Assembly: GCF_052425735.1 (NCBI RefSeq)
Contig: NC_135765.1
Location: forward strand, 33,852,001-33,916,000
Direction: 5' to 3'
DNA from: Oculina patagonica
Taxonomy: Eukaryota
Length of the DNA stretch: 64,000 nt
Made by a program: the position numbers and the translations under genes. Every line of letters starts with the position of its first letter. Within the stretch, counting starts at the first letter, position 1. The notes below the pieces were generated by a model. It was not told the DNA's origin. It ran no database searches and worked only from the letters and a program-made list of their open reading frames with translations. This document shows positions 62,827 through 64,000 of this stretch, in pieces.

Positions 62827-64000
62827 TGATGCGTCTTGGATTTGCAGAGAAAATGGGGCAAATATTTAACAATATTTTCTTGCTTACTGTTCACTTACTT
62901 CTCGAGTTGTGCAGTGTTTGGCGGAAATGTCGGCGGAAATAGAGCCTGCGCACTAATTTATACCCAGTCTCCTTTGCTTAAAGGTCAAGTGCCCGGCCGG
63001 AAGTATAAATACAAGAGCCAAGGCAGGGCCGGAAGGGAGGGAACACGTGACGTATATTATTACTTTTTTCCTACCACAAACTGGACGCAATAAAACAACC
63101 ACAACTCGTAGAAAAGCAAATAACCGGCGACAAATGCACTTGGTTTATTCCGCATCATAGTGTATATAAAACATGAACAAGTTTTCAGGAATTTTACACA
63201 GATTGTTATTAAAGCAGTGATGCAACATTTTCGCAGACTGGTTAATTTAGGAATCATGCAGTAGGAAGGGGAATTCCCAAATTCTCCACCTCACTCCCCG
63301 TTTTAGCTCTGTAGTAATACAGAGAATCTTGAGTGCATATGGACCCTTCAGCCTCCCGTCTCGGGCTCCCTGAGGGCGTGTTTTTAATGCTGGCCACAAG
63401 CGCATTTTAATGGAAGTGGCGAATGAGGTAAACATTTTCGTTTTGAAAAGTACTACAATATCTAAAGTGATAATTGTCATCATAATCACATGATATATCT
63501 GCCTGCTTCCTGTAATAAAGAGCCCTAATATCATCATGATATCCTGTCTCACTTCACAGGTGAAACTGTAATATTATACTTTTTCCCCAAAATAACCTTC
63601 TGTAAATTTCAAGGGGCTTATCTGTAAAGAGTTTTGTGTATCAAGAGTTTTTGGGCTTAAATTAGAAAACACCACAGAAGGACCGGGCAGAAGGGGTGTT
63701 TCAATCTTATTTCTGGATCCCAAATTTTGCGCCAAACCAAGTGAGCGGAGGGCGATCATAACGCCTGGGAACTAGCAAGGCTGGCGTGTAAACAATACTG
63801 TCTAATGGTCGTTCTTGATTTGACATCATCTAAGGCATTTGATTCTTTAATTTCTCACCTAATAACACCTGAGCCTGTTCATGCCAAAGCAACCGGCCGC
63901 GATAAGTTATCGTCGGACTGTTGTCGAGACTATCTTCGTGACGTCTTCGGAGTCATTCGTTTGCTCGGCAGCAAACACACCGAAAACAATGTCTCTTCAG

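Noticed and set aside
63859-64000. Possible exon at the window end (donor ag|gtgaga on the minus strand)
   Set aside because: All three minus-strand frames contain stops and nothing is recognisable. It could be untranslated, but this cannot be supported from the window.

Overview
Eukaryotic, AT-rich, intron-containing animal DNA. The repeat landscape and gene types suggest a cnidarian, probably a stony coral (inference). Two assembly gaps: 28078-28577 (500 N) and 35841-35976 (136 N). The window is dominated by a large inverted duplication, arm A ~5960-27471 against arm B ~38993-56345. Each arm carries BIVM, MORN4 (head-to-head with BIVM), a 3-exon gene fusing a prokaryote/phage-type GHKL ATPase to a coiled coil and a C-terminal C3HC4 RING, and a PLCXD gene. 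The spacer holds two tandem PAN-EGF-C-type lectin genes. At the right end a 9-exon gene (55402-62826, minus) encodes a 467-aa protein. Its N-terminal ~235 aa resemble the fungal eisosome BAR proteins Pil1/Lsp1, and its tail is rich in Tyr and PxxP motifs. A diverged copy of its last two exons sits at the outer end of arm A. Many TEs are present: a TTAA-flanked 4.6-kb Kolobok-like element, a 1.17-kb near-perfect palindrome, Harbinger- and hAT-like MITEs, SINEs, LINE tails and tRNA-like tandem units. Best novelty candidates: (1) the animal Pil1/Lsp1-type BAR adaptor; (2) the GHKL ATPase-RING fusion; (3) the inverted duplication with patchy divergence. All homology calls rest on recalled motifs, and all percentages are approximate hand counts.
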